Both the position numbers and the translations under genes were made by a program. 64,000 nucleotides of DNA from NCBI GenBank assembly GCA_028023455.1, contig JAQFVV010000001.1, positions 24,614,001-24,678,000 on the forward strand. The letters are read 5' to 3'. The stretch's first letter is position 1. The number at the start of each line of letters is the position of its first letter. This DNA is from Epiperipatus broadwayi. Taxonomy: Eukaryota > Animalia > Onychophora. The notes under the pieces were generated by a model. That model was not told the origin of the DNA and did no database searches. It saw nothing but the letters and a program-made list of their open reading frames with translations. This document shows, piece by piece, positions 1 to 13,060 of the stretch.

Positions 1-1829
1 TATATTTTTGCCTATCATTCATGATGACTTAATGCTAATTCCACCACAGTAGGTGATGTTGCATTTGTTTTATATTTGTGATGACAAGATATGCTTGATT
101 GAGGAAATGTATTTCTTCAGGTAGTTGTAGCTAATTTATGGCTCATAGGTATATCAATGTTTGAATTGTGTTGCTATGATAGTTTTATCAAACACAAGCT
201 AACCAACAATAGGTTATATTTATTTTAAAGTATATTAAATATGCATATGGTATAAGTGGCAATTCACACATAATAATTTAATATTTTCATCCAGAATTTC
301 GCCTCTGGATTTGTAAGTCTGTTATATCATTATCTTTAAAACATTGAAGGAATAATTTTATGTGGACTAAAGTTATTTTAAAAAAAAGTATAACTGATCT
401 CTGATGAATGATTGTTCCATACACTTAAGTTAGTTTAATTTTAGTATTAGCTTAATCTGATATAAAGATATATCTAGCTGTGATATTAATTATATCCGTG
501 AAACTAGTGACGATATTTTTAAAAAGTATTGTTGAATATGCATACTCCAACTTAGCGTTTGTTAAGTTGAGGAGTATAAAATTAAGCTTAGGGTTTCAAT
601 ATAAACATAGTTCTGTGTGTTATTCTGATTAGTAGATGACACAATAATGTTATTAATTAGCCCAAATAATTATGTAAAATCTTAGTGCGGTATTGGCACT
701 GTTTGTATTCCACTGTATTTATAAACATTTCTTCTCATTATTAATAAATCAAATTATTATTATTTCAAAAGTTTTGTTTGTTTGTTTTACTTTTATATGA
801 AAATATATTATTGTCTTGGGTTCCATGTTCACAAAGTCTTACATTTTTTAAATTTAATGAATCTTCAATTCAGTCATTTACAAGTATATTCTAAGTTAAC
901 TAAATATAGTTGATATTGTCTTAAAAATTAAAAAGCTATGTTAAAGTAAATGATTCATATATTGAATCACAAATACAGATAATTGCATTATAGCAGATAC
1001 ATAATTAAATATTAGTTAAAAGTTTATTTTTTTTAAATTATCAGTATATCTTTTCAGACTAAAGATTATGCAATATCAGATTAACAATATTAGTACTTTA
1101 GAAGAATATTTTAATTAATATTATTTTAAAAGCTGCACATTATCTTATATTCACTGCACATCATCGATCATCATCTTAAATCTTATATATTTAAAGAATT
1201 CTAATCCATTTGCATTTGAGGTCTTTAGTGGTTGTCTGTGAATATGGAAAGGCATTAAAAGTACCCTTGCTCTTTCTCTGCTCAAGTAATATCTTAGATA
1301 ATAGGCCATTATTAGTTTAAATTTAAATTGATTCATTAAGTTTTGTGAATTGATATTTGTTTTGTTTATTATTTTAGATTGAACATATTATAATTATTTT
1401 ATGGTCAGATAAGATGTCACGTATTTATTTATTAATCACAGTAATTCTTTGTTAGGCAACTTAACTTAAACTTTAATTTTATACAAGAGTGTTAGTTTTA
1501 AAATCCCTGAGGTTATTTACTCTTGTTGTTTTAGTAAATATAATTCTGTAAGATAATATTATAAAATAAAGCATCATAGGTCTTATTCAGAGAGTGTATG
1601 ATTTATTGGTAGGACTATTATGGTAAACATTGAGTAGTGATTTAGATAATCTTTTATATGGTTTATTAAAATATCAATAAGCTGTAGTAGTTATAGTTTA
1701 TCAGTATTGGATTTGACCTTTATTTGATTATACATCCCTGGATCATCATCTCTTTTCTTTAAATTTATTGTAACCCCACTGAGCCGAGTCATTTAGAGTC
1801 TAATTTATAGTTCATTTTATATCATTTCA

Positions 1830-2160
1830 ATTCTATTCCATTTTCTTTCATGTCATTTCTTCTATATCTCTTTCATATCTTTCCAATCATCTCATTTCTT
1901 TTCTCTCTCCATTATATATATCCTTTCTATCACTTTTCCCCATTTCTTTTCCCTCTCAATTCTTTTCTTTTCCATCATTTATCTCTGTCATTATCATTAT
2001 CTCTCCTTTATTCCATTTTCTTCTTATCTCTCTCTATCTCTTATTCTATCAGGTTACAATTGGCCGCTCTCACTTCATTTTCATCATTTATCTTTGTCAT
2101 TATCTCTCCTTTATTCCATTTTCTTCTTATCTCTCTGTCTCTCAATTTCAAAAGGTTACA
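1830..2160. repeat. Pyrimidine-rich (CT/T) low-complexity tract with an internal near-duplication
   Basis: + strand is strongly C/T-biased. The block gtcattatctctcctttattccattttcttcttatctctct...aggttacaat occurs twice (~1990-2060 and ~2095-2160). The 1850..2182 ORF is a low-complexity artefact. Confidence 0.8.
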
Positions 2161-2789
2161 ATATATATATATTAAAGAATAAATAAAAGTATGGTTATAA
2201 GCTTTTAATGTTAATATGCTAAAATACTCCAGAAATAGAATAAATAATTAGTATGCAGAAAAAGAAACTAATTACTGGAAATTGCAACATTTAAGCAAAT
2301 TAGCAAAGGTGATAAAAGAGCTTACAGAAGAAGAATTAAACGAAGGAAAAAATAAGCATTAGTTTAAAGAAGTCTATAAAATGATATACTTAATTGAGTT
2401 ATGTTCTGTTGATTTGGAAATTAAGCTTTAGTCAAGAATTCAATTTGACTATCTCAGAATAATGTGTGTGAGCTGTAGTGTACTTATAAAGTTAGAGAGT
2501 TAGAAATCTCAGAATTAAAGAGACTTTATGGATATTAAACCTCTTAGGAGATATGAACTGATAAGAGATCTATATGATCTTGTTCTCAACTAGCAAGTAG
2601 TGAGTTGAATTATTAATTTTTATTAATACAATTATTATTCAGAGTAAATAAACTCTTGTAATTTATTTAGACTATGTTTGTTTTTCTCTTATTTAAAAAA
2701 TATAATTATCTAGCTGGATATATTAATCCATTCCTGTGAAATGTGATTTTAGAACAATTAGTTTAATCTTACAGTCAAGGTATTGATGA

Positions 2790-2900
2790 GATTCTTGAGT
2801 AGATGTATTTTTAATGGACTAGATACTTTATTTAAAGAACATTTGGATTCAGAAAAAATAGAGGCAGTAGAGATTCAATTGAAGTGGAGAATTTTTAAGG
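2790..2900 (+). mobile_element. Small decayed RTE-type LINE reverse transcriptase remnant
   Basis: tttggattcagaaaaaatagaggcagtagagattcaatt translates to FGFRKNRGSRDSI, matching the RTE RT motif (Q)FGFRxxRxTRDAI. Confidence 0.45.
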
Positions 2901-3039
2901 GCTTAAATATATATATATAATATTACAAATCGGTGTCAGTATGTCTTCAAAATAATATACATGTACTTATAAAAAAAATATTAAAAAATACAGTAATTAA
3001 ATTTTTTTAAAAAGAACAAAAAATATAAACATCACTTAG

Positions 3040-3073
3040 GAACGCTTTCGACTATCCTCATAGTCTTTGTCAA
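3040..3073 (-). ncRNA. Degenerate minimal hammerhead ribozyme motif (PLE-associated)
   Basis: Minus strand TTGACAA-A-GACTAT-gagg-ATAGTC-GAAA-GCGT-TC: perfect 6-bp stem II and GAAA, but the core is mutated from CUGANGA. It lies directly downstream of the GIY-YIG ORF end. Confidence 0.5.
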
Positions 3074-3830
3074 CTAATACTTTGAAAGATCAACTTTCCC
3101 ATAATTCCGTGATCTTAATGTTTGCTGCCTGCCTATGGATTAAGTCTTGGTTGTATTTATATATTAATATAGCTTCCTTGATTTTTCTTTTATTATTATT
3201 TCTTTCAGTTTGCAATATTTTTACATTATTATAATTGAAATCAAAACCATATATACATGATTTATATGGTCATAATTATCTTAAGAATTTTGCTTTGTAT
3301 TTTAAACCCTTTTTAATAGCAACAAGTCCTCTTTTGTTCTTTTCTCCAAGGTGCTTCTCAACTCACCTATATATCCGCTACCACACCTACATATCCATTT
3401 ATAAATGATACATATTGTGCTAGAACACTTGTCATCATGTGATTATTTCACCTATATGCTTGACCACACAATGGTATGCCAGTTTATGTGACTGAATATA
3501 ATGGAACAAAAATTAGGTAGTCATTTTATATGTCTCATATAAAGTTGATATATTTGATAAAACTCAGGTATCCACACTTTCATGGCACACAATTCAGATA
3601 TCCTTTGTCAAGAAGTTACAGATTTATGCATTTATAAGTTTGATGAAGTCCAATGTTTAATTTTTTTAAATATAGCTTTAATTGCTGAAGAAGCTATTAT
3701 TATTTCTTCTGTAGTTTATCTTCACTATTTTTTTCTAACTCAGTCCTTAGAGCATAACTTTAGTTATGATGTACTAGATAAATGTGCATATATAAAGAAT
3801 GTATTTATCCAGTAGAGAATACAGTTTAGA
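3040..3830 (-). mobile_element. Penelope-like element 3' fragment (GIY-YIG endonuclease), decayed
   Basis: Minus strand gives IYKWICRCGSGYIGELRSTLEKE (~3340-3405) and GFDFNYNNVKILQTERNNNKRKIKEAILIYKY (~3150-3255), both typical PLE GIY-YIG motifs. A hammerhead-like motif follows at the 3' end. Confidence 0.75.
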
Positions 3831-6049
3831 GAGTAAGGAATATATCTGATGTAGAACTTTAATAAAAGTTTAATACTATACAATAGATAGAAATTAACAG
3901 AATAACAAATATGATTCATTGCAAAGCAAGTTAAATAAATAGATTGTTATTATTAAGTGAAAACTTATAGACAGACATTGTACCACAAATTACTAGAAAA
4001 GCAAAAATAGCTCTATATGCTATTAAATTTACTTTGCTATATAGCTATAACAAGGCATGCTACACCCTGATTTTATAATGGAAAATAAAGTGTAGCTATA
4101 CATAATTTGTATAACAATAAAATGAAGTCTTCATATTAATTGTCCAATGAATTATTTAACAATAAGTGATAGATAATAATATTCTGTTTTAATCAAAGCA
4201 GTGGCAAGATGTGTTTGTTACTCACCGATTCAAAGGTTAAATCAATGATTACTTCACAGAAAAATTTAAGAATGTGATGAATATTAAATTTTAAAACAGA
4301 AGATGATTATGAATGTAAAAAAATTAATGTCTTTTAAAATATATATTGTACAAAATTTATTTTGTACATCAGTTTTCTTTTGCAATGGGTATATCTTTAG
4401 ATTTTTGACTTCTTCAGAATTCATTATCTTGTAATAGGCTAATTATTGTAGGTAGGTCATTTATTTCCAAAACTCATAATTAGCATCAATTATGGCTGGT
4501 TTTTTCTTAGATTTTCTGATTTCTTCAGTATACACAGATTATTTCCAAAAGTCATCATTTTGCAAACAGTATTGTAGATAGATAAACTATTTTCCAAACT
4601 AAAAGGCAGTGACATTTTTTTTTTTTAAGCATTAGAAGATTTAACTGGCTGTCCTTCCTTAATGCTTTTTGTAAAGTTTACAAGACTTGGATAAAGATGC
4701 AATAATAAAGAGAGTGATTAAACCTGATATATTTATTCATTTTTTTGTTGACTATCATAATTTTAAAAATACAGATGAATTATAACTCAATCTATTTTTT
4801 ATTTCTTTTCTTATTCGTTTGTAATTCAATAGATAGGGAAGAACCACTATGCAGGAAAGATTATAAAATTATAACTTCTTTACAAATTTACAGCTTAGCA
4901 CAGCATAGTGGACCTTCCCTATCTACTGAATTACAGATGAATTATGATAATATGTACAATCATATCTGCTGTAGCAGTTAGCTATCCTGTCAGTGACTTT
5001 AGCTTCAACTTGCAAATGCTGGTGAATTATTTTCTTTCTCTCTCTCTCTCTCTCTTTTTTTTTTTTTTGCTACAGTTTTCCAGTCCGCATTTGTAGGATG
5101 ATGAACTACTTAAGTCAATGAAATACTGAATTGATAAATGGCAATGACTCACATGATTAGTATTGCTGACAATTCTTCTATTTATTTATATTTAGTCAAT
5201 AATCATGTAATTTATGATATTTAATAAACATGTTATGTAAATCTAATCCATTAAGTATTTCATTTAAGTGCCTGGGTTTTTTTTTTAAGCTAATTACTGA
5301 TAATCACATTAATTTATTTTGTTTTTAATTGTCTTATACATTTACTTTACATAAATCTATATCTTTTTTAATTTAAATTAAAACAAATTTAATTTTCAAA
5401 CCATATTTTAATATATATTCAGTATTAATACATTTTACTCTGATTACAAATGTGATTATAAAAGTTAGGATTATTTACTTTCCACATTTTTGATATCATA
5501 AAAATTATTCTTTGAAAGTAGAAAGCCAAATGTGTCACAGTTTCTGTCTTTTGAATTTAATAAAAATAAAATCCTTAATAAAAATAAATATTATTTAATT
5601 ACTTTAGTTTTACATAATTATTTTAAATCTATCCCACACCAATTACTCAAAGATGGTAATCAAGAAAAATCATTCTTGTTGCATCCTTTTACACATTTTT
5701 CTTTGATAATATATAGTAATGTTGAATTTTTTATTTTAATCATTTTTTTTTTTGTATTTTGTAATAGCATTAGTTAAACATTAATGTGGTTAATATGCAT
5801 TAATCAAATGTAACTATATAAACATTTTCATCTTATGTATATAGAGAAAGGGAAATTGTTTTATTTATCCTAAAAAGGCATTTGAAATAATGAATTGGGT
5901 TACTCTTTTCAATTGGTAGGAGTGATATTTATTAGGAAAAAACAAAAGATATTTGTGAAATCAAATAATACTTTTACAGAAGGGTAGATATAAAAAGAAA
6001 TATAAAGCAAGGAGAATTGCTAAATTATTATTTTTTAATAAAGATCAAA

Positions 6050-6460
6050 TTAATTTTAAGATTAGGGTTGTAAGAAGTGAAGATGAATTTAATAAAATAT
6101 TATTCAGACTTTGAAATAAATATTTGAAATGAAAATAAATATTAATGAAACTAAAACAGTGACAATTGGTAATAAAAAAAAAAACATTAAAAGTAAATAT
6201 TGGCAAGAAGTTATAGGGCAGATTAATGCTTTTAAATGTTTGGGTAGTTGATTAATTGGTGATAGGACTTAAAGAAATTTTAATGAGAATTGTAATGGCT
6301 AAACATAGTAGTGGTCCATTGAAATTAGATTTAAAAAATAGGTTTGTTCATTGTTTTATTTTAAATGTAGCTTATAAAAATGAGAAGATTTTGGAGAGTT
6401 TATAAATATCGATTTGAAGGAGAATGAAAAGGATAAATTTAGAAATGCAAAAGTATTAAA
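6050..6460 (+). mobile_element. Old RTE-type LINE fragment (post-RT region)
   Basis: Broken frames give MKININETKTV, QINAFKCLGS and MRIVMAK, matching RTE GxKINxxKTKxM, xVxxFKYLGS and RIxMAK. Confidence 0.5.
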
Positions 6461-7177
6461 ATAAATAAATAAAAAATTTCTGAAAAAATTATTAAGAGGA
6501 ATTAGCCATTAAGCTAATGCTCATGCGCTTTGTGGATTTTAAATATAAATGAATATTCTCACTTTCCATACACAAGATAAAATCTTTGTGAAAAAATAGA
6601 ATGAATCCATTTATCCTTTCAACCCAAATGTTTAAGTATGGGAAAATCTTAAGCATTTGGAAATGAGTGTGAAGATATTAAACAATCACTTTAAATTACC
6701 CTTACTATGCCTGAATGAATGACGCTTGTGAAATTTACTAGAATTTACGATAATGTTATTCTTAGTTGAAATTAAACATGCATTAGCTTAATGGCTGATT
6801 ATTATTATAGTTTAAAAAAAAAAACATCACGCTATATAAAATAAATATCTTATTTACATAAGAGGAATTAGATAATTGTGAAAGTGAACTTAAGAAGACT
6901 GTAAAAGACTTGAGAAAAAGATATAGAATGAGAAGTTGATTGATAATCTTAAGAAAAAGAATAGCTAACATAAGCAAGATCAAAAATATGAATACCTAGA
7001 GATGTAACCTAATTTTCTGTTTGAGATCTGCTTTTAGAAGTTTGTTAATGATGACAGTACTATATATATATACCTATCTATCTTTTGATTTATTTTCTTG
7101 TTTGTGTGCCTACCTATTCATCAACTTATCTATAAATAAAAGGCACAATTAAGAAGGCAGTTTTCACATGGCTAGAC

Positions 7178-7651
7178 CAAGGGTCGGCAAACTGGCTGCC
7201 ACATATGACACTTTGATCTCAATCTCATAACTCTTATTATCATATTAAACATAAATATATTTTTTATTTTCTCTTGTAATTTTTAAACAAATATTTTGAT
7301 GACTCTAGAATAAAAATGTGCTTTACAACATTGTTCTTGAATTCATTTTTATTATAGAATAATAATTATTATATATAGTGAATGTTTAAATATTAAAAAA
7401 TTGTGAACTGTGAAAGTAATTTTTTGTTTTTGTTGGTTTATCTTTAAGAGAAGTTTTACTTTTGTTAAGATGTATACAAATTCTATTATGTTCTATTCCT
7501 AAAATAAATGTTCAAATATATTCAAAGACATTCAGAAATTCATCCTTTTTGTGAATCTATTTTTCACCTCTTTCTTTGTAATTCTTTTATTGGAGTGAAG
7601 TGGTAGATATTTTAATAAAATGGTTCATGTTAAAAAATTTGTCAAACCCTG
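7178..7651. mobile_element. Non-autonomous hAT (Charlie-like) MITE, decayed
   Basis: Left end caagggtcggcaaac and right end atttgtcaaaccctg resemble the CAGGGGTCGGCAAAC-type TIR. The 8-bp flanks ggctagac / ggttgtac match at 5 of 8 positions. Confidence 0.6.
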
Positions 7652-7719
7652 GGTTGTACATTGTTTTTGTTTTTTTTTATCATGTTAACCTAAAAAATAT
7701 TTAATACCTATTTTTTCTA

Positions 7720-8215
7720 CCAATAATTGGATGGGTAACTGGATTGCTTATGGAAAAATTCTAAATTTGCTTGGAATATGAAAAAATTTCCAAGCTTCAT
7801 CCAAATTTGATCTCAGGTCAGTATATCATAAATGTCAAATTATAATTTTATCAGTATATTAATTACATAGTAAATGACAATTTTTTTTATCAAATCAAAG
7901 TTTCTGATATATTTTTTAAAATTCTCCTGAAGACAAGCTGGATTTTCTATTTAGTGGTTCTAATATTAATATTGGAATCACTGAATAGCAAATCTAGCTT
8001 GCTTTTAAGAAAATAAATATATTAAAAAAATATGAATTTTGATTTCATTTAATATGTAATTAGTATATTAATAAAATTACAACTTGTTATTTATAATGCA
8101 TTATCTTAAATGAAGCTTGGAAATTTTTTATAATCAAGGTATAGTTATGTCTTTTCATCTAATACATGAGTGTCTAAACTTTGGATTTTTTTGGGCCATA
8201 TTATCCAACAAAATA
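7720..8215. mobile_element. MITE-like element with internal inverted repeat
   Basis: aaaaaatttccaagcttcat (7781-7800) is inverted at atgaagcttggaaattttt (8110-8128), with weaker similarity outward. Its ctcaggtcag motif also occurs inverted at ~17454 in the insert splitting the piggyBac remnant. Confidence 0.45.
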
Positions 8216-8294
8216 TGCTAAAAACTGAAATTAGAATTTAATATTTATTGACAACCACAATATAACCTGTCATATCTGACATAATAATATAGAT

Positions 8295-8860
8295 CATCAT
8301 CAATCATTATCAATCCACAGCAGGATGAAGGTCGCACCAAGTTCAATCCATCTTCTCCGACCTTTAGCTTCTCTTTTCCACATCACCCCTGCACACTTTC
8401 TTATTTCATCCATCCATCTCACATTTGGTCTCTTTCTGGGTCTTTTACAATCTCTTGGAATCCCGTTTAAGATTTCAATTATCCATCTATTATCATCTCT
8501 TCTAGCAATATGTCCAGCCCAAATCCACTTCAGTCTTTTAATTTTTTCAATGAGGTTAGTAACACCTGTTTGTTCTTTTACCCATATATTGCATTTTCGA
8601 TCTCTTCTTGTTACTACCAACATGCATCTTTCCATACTTCTTTGAGTGGTCTGAAGTCTCTCTATTGCGCTTCTATTAAGTGTCCAAGTCTCAGATCCAT
8701 AAGTAAGAACTGGTAAAATCCATTTATTAAAAATCTTCCTTTTCAAACACATAGGCATATTTTCCTTTTAGTATCAAGTTATTTCTACCAAAAGCACTCC
8801 AACCAAGTTTAATTCTATGATTAATTTCATCCATTATGTTTCCATCTGTATTAATAATCT
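8295..8860 (-). mobile_element. RTE-clade LINE, 5'-truncated 3' fragment
   Basis: ORF 8300..8758 contains LKRKIFNKWILPVLTYGSETWTL, LKWIWAGHIARR and RPRKRPNVRWMDEI, followed by a GAT-repeat tail. Closely similar to 43680-44297. Confidence 0.92.
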
Positions 8861-9149
8861 ATATTAATAATATTGGTATAATGCTTTATTTAAAATTAAG
8901 TAGTATGTTCTTCTATTTATGATTCATTGTTCTAGCTACAAAATTGAAATATTTTATATTATATTTATAGTTTTAAAATTATGTTTTATATATGATATCA
9001 GTTATTTTACATTTGAGACAAATTATCAGCATCTAAGAATATAAATGTTTAAAGAAGGCAACATTAATATATGGTAGTACTCTAAAAACATAATACTAAT
9101 GCACATGACAAAGATATTTATTAGAAAAAAATATAAATGTAATATATTG

Positions 9150-10600
9150 AATGTGAACATTGAGCTTTTTTTTAAAATATCAATGAATCTATATCTAAGA
9201 TAGATATTATGATATACTGGTGCAAAGAGCATTTTCAAGATGTTCCTTTGAAATATTTGTTTTTATTTTACTTTTTTTATGGCATTGATAAATGAGAAAA
9301 ATAATTACTGGCAAATATACATGCTCCCAAAAAGCAATATTATGTTCATGAAATGCTGGATATTTCTTTAGGTATGTGCAACTTATAAAAATCTAATAAA
9401 AACATTTGAATAAATTTTTCTTTTAAGTTGTATATCTGATTGCAACTCTATATATTTCATTTGCAAGTTTGTAGATAAAATATTGATGTCAACTGAGACT
9501 GAAATAGTAAATATATTGAAATGCAATTGCTTTCTGAAATTTTGAAATCTATTTTTAAAGTTCTTTGATAAAATAGCAATCATTGTCATATATTTTTATT
9601 GTTTATATATAGTGATGTTCAGAAAGAGTTTCAAAGTTATTATTTTTAATCTGAGAACAATTTCATTCTAATTTCAAATGTTTAAAACATATTTATTAAA
9701 TAATTTAACCTTGAAGATACTAATTCAGTTTATTTAAGTGAGCAATCATATCCACTGAAATGTCAAATTAGTTAACTAATTCTCATTTTCAAATTCAGGC
9801 AGAGGTTTTTCTTTTGAGTCCATGTTTTATTTCTCAAATCATAGAAATGTTTAAACATTTTACTGCAACTAAGCCATTATATTACAGAAAATTAGACAAT
9901 ATCTCCATAGTTAGCATCCAAATTGATAGTGATTTCATTCCTATGATCATATGAAATTTGTTTTAATAACAATATTCATAATATTATCTATTTGCACATC
10001 AATTTTTATGATGTATAATGCAGTGATAATGATACCTTACAGAAATGCAAATTACCAATTTTTTTTTTTTAAATCATCTTATGTTGTTTTGATAGTCCTT
10101 CTTTCCATCCATAAATGGAGCACTATTATTGACTACACAGTGTGTTGCAGTGAGAAGGTGATTGTAACTATTTCTCTTGCCAAAATGCCTGCAACATCAT
10201 CTCTTAAGTCAATGAATATAATTTAATTATTCACTACAAAAATTACAAGGCACTAGCATGTGTGGATTATGAGTTATTACATGAAATGTGATTGTATGTT
10301 TTCTATCTTAATTCAGAATGGAACAACACATTAACATTAACTTTTGTTTTAAATTGGGCAAAACTCCTACTGATATGAGTAGGGGAATGAAGCCATGAGT
10401 TGCAATAACATTTTGAAGTAGTTTGCAAAATTTCATTACGCAGAGAGAGAGCATTGAAGATAATTTATAAAGGTACAAATCACACTATTATATATCATGT
10501 TATAACTCATGTTCAGACAAGCTAGCGCCTTAAAATTTTCATTGTGAACATCTAAATAATGTCATTGTGTAACTCATGCATTGGTTTAGAGATAGTTTGT
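9150..10600 (-). mobile_element. hAT (Charlie/SPIN/GTF2IRD2-like) transposase pseudogene
   Basis: Ordered minus-strand motifs: SAPFMDGKK (TDGAPAMxG-like), YHCIIH (~10010-10028), NYGD..WLSCSKMFKHFYDLRN (~9845-9915), LQMKYIELQSDIQLK (ORF 9383..9589), FGSMYIC (~9310-9332) and EHLEN. Many stops and frameshifts. Confidence 0.85.
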
Positions 10601-10757
10601 ACGCATCTTGGAAAGAGCAACAGTCAGTTTTTAATTGGTACACACTATATGTATCAGATATGTTGTAATTAAAAGAAAATTGATAAAGTTTGCTTTACTG
10701 CTTCATACAGGTGAACAGAAATATCCTTCAGTAGATTTAAGGAGGTCGGGTTTCAGT

Positions 10758-10917
10758 AATATTAAATTCATGTTCAATACTTCAAATAAATATGATAAGC
10801 TATATTCATACCATCAGTGCTTTCATCCAAAATAGTAATATTAAATTCATATTCAATACTTCAAATAAATATGATCAGTTAAGCTATATCCATACCATCA
10901 GTGCTTTCATCCAAAAC
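10758..10917. repeat. Two-copy ~80 bp tandem duplication
   Basis: aatattaaattcat.ttcaatacttcaaataaatatgat...ataccatcagtgctttcatccaaaa is repeated back-to-back with few differences. Confidence 0.85.
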
Positions 10918-11499
10918 TATGTAATAAAACTTAAAATTATTTACATTGAGATCCCAAACTTATTTTAATGGGTTTCATTGTCTTTTCAAAATACCTAATA
11001 ATCCTTAGTGTGATAAACTTATTTACTTGTCAGTAAAAAAATTAAATTTCTGTTCAGTAAATGGCTTTGATTTTTTAGTTACTAAATTTTCTCTGACATA
11101 ATTTGCTTTGACTAATGAATCAGTTTGAGAACTTATTTTTCGAAATTGTTTGATTTCCTCTCCAATCTAATTTTTTTATTTGCAGAGTAATTCTTACAAT
11201 TCATTAAATTTTGAATGCATTTGAATATAATGCTTTTTCAAATTATAGTCTTTGAAACTGACAGACAGGTGACAGTTTTTTTTTATTGAAGATAATAGTA
11301 AATCATTTTCTTTTTTTAGACTAGTTTTATTTTGAGATGATGTAGAAGTCATGCTAAAAAATAAAGAATTATGATTATGAACCAAATTTAAATTATTTAT
11401 TCCTTAAAATAAAATATTTATCTATAAAATAAATTAATTATTTTTAGGAATAAATTAAAATATGATTTTTATATTTATTTTTTTATTTATTATGAAATT

Positions 11500-12895
11500 A
11501 ATGTAACATTCTGATTAGTTATCAAGAGCAAAGAAAGTCTGTAATTAGAAAGAGATAGGCTTTATCCCTTTTCACATGTGCCTTAAACATTTGTATAATA
11601 GCCAAACGATGTACTTTTTGACTATAGAGGGACCTCTCAAACCTCAACACAAGATAGGAACTTTAAAAGATAAGAACTGTCATCTTATCTTTAAGTTAAA
11701 TTCTTATTTATATAGCCAATCTGAAACATCTTGCTTTGAGAGAGTTTGCATTTAAATCCACTATTTCCTTTCACATATTAACTTACTTGAAATCTTGCAA
11801 TTTTACAAGTTAATAATAAGATCTTTTTAATGGAAATATAGAAACAAATGTAATGTTCTGATTATTTAACAAGCGCACAGGAACTCTGTAATTAGAAAGA
11901 AAAATATTTTAACTATATAATAACCAAATGATAAAGATTTTGACTATAGAGGGACTTCTTAAATCTCAACACAAGATAGTGACTTTATAAAGATAAGAGC
12001 GACTGTCTTATCTTTAACCTGAATTCTTATTTATGTGACCAATCTGAAGCATCTTGATTTGAGAGTGTGAAGATATTACTCTCTTCACATTTAAATCCAC
12101 TACTTCATTTTACAAATTAACTTACATCAAATCTTGCGATTTTATGAGTTAATATATGGAAATATAGAAACTAATGTAACATTCTGATTATTTATCAAAT
12201 GCACTGAAAGTCTGCAATTAGAAAGAACAAGGCTTTAACCTTTTTCACATGTGTTTTAAATGTTTGTATAAATAGCCAAACAATGTAGTTTTTAACTGTA
12301 GAGGGACCTCTCAAACCTCAACACAAGATAGGGACTCTATAAAGATAAGATCAGTCAGCTTATCTTTAACCTAAATTTTTAGTTATATAGGGCAATCTGA
12401 AGCAACTTGATTTGAGAGTGTAAAGATATTCAAAAACTACATCATTTGGCTATTATATAAACATTTAAGGTGCATGTGAAAAAGGTTAAAGCCTTTCTCT
12501 TTGCATGTGAAAAAGATTAAAGCTTTCTCTTTTTAATTACAGACTTCCTGTATGCTTGATCAGTAATCAGAATGTTACATTAGTTTCTATATTTCCATTA
12601 AAAATATTAATTTGTAAAATTGCAAGATTTCATGTAAGTTAATTTGTGAAAGAAAATAGTGGACTTAAATGTGAAGAGAGTAATATCTTCACGCTCTCAA
12701 ATCAAGATGCTTCAGATTGGCCTACATAAATAAGAATTTAGGTTAAAGATAAGATGGCCACTCTTATCTTTATAAAGTCCTTATCTTGTGTTGAGATTTG
12801 AGAGTCACTCTATAGTCAAAAACTACATCAATTGGCTATTATACAAACATTTAAGTTACATGTGAAAAAGATTAAAGTCTTTCTATTTCTAATTA
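11500..12895. repeat. Fold-back array of ~330-350 bp units: three direct units then ~1.4 inverted units
   Basis: Units start at aatgtaa..ttctgatta (11500, 11847, 12173). The inverted arm runs from ~12430 (tcagaatgttacatt at ~12568) to ~12895. Each unit holds an internal aaagataag...cttatcttt hairpin. Confidence 0.92.
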
Positions 12896-13009
12896 TTATA
12901 AAATTATAACTAACAATGTAATAAAAGTAAATAAACATTTGTCAAAAAAAAATTGTGTTTATCTCAAAGTGTAATTCAATAGTACTGTGGAGTTTGGTGC
13001 AGTTATAAA

Positions 13010-13060
13010 ATGGCAGATTCTGAAAATCAAGTTTCCTGGATCATGTCCGAGCTCGCCCAA
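13010..13060 (+). CDS. Candidate coding exon of unknown identity (MADSENQVSWIMSELAQ)
   Basis: aaaATGG start context, 17 open codons, CAA|GTAATA donor and CpG retention unusual for the surrounding DNA. No homology recognised. Confidence 0.3.

Noticed and set aside
295-312. 18-nt exon-like segment (ccag|AATTTCGCCTCTGGATTT|gtaagt; NFASGF, resembling PSTK KYSLGF)
   Set aside because: Good splice sites, but too short to assign, and the exons that should follow (CQ...RN...KLE.P...WE) were not found before 19412.
541-578. Hairpin atactc-caactta...taagttg-ag-gagtat, possible Helitron 3' end
   Set aside because: No CTRR terminus and no other Helitron evidence nearby.
1850-2182. 110-aa hydrophobic ORF
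   Set aside because: Product of a CT-rich low-complexity tract.
6560-6680. PFNPNV*VWENLK resembling PSTK NPEKNAWE or Tc1 SPDLNPIENxW
   Set aside because: In-frame stop, no convincing splice sites, and it fits two unrelated families equally weakly.
8325-8716. Plus-strand ORFs 8325..8645 and 8510..8716 (also 43890..44096)
   Set aside because: Antisense shadows of the RTE ORF.
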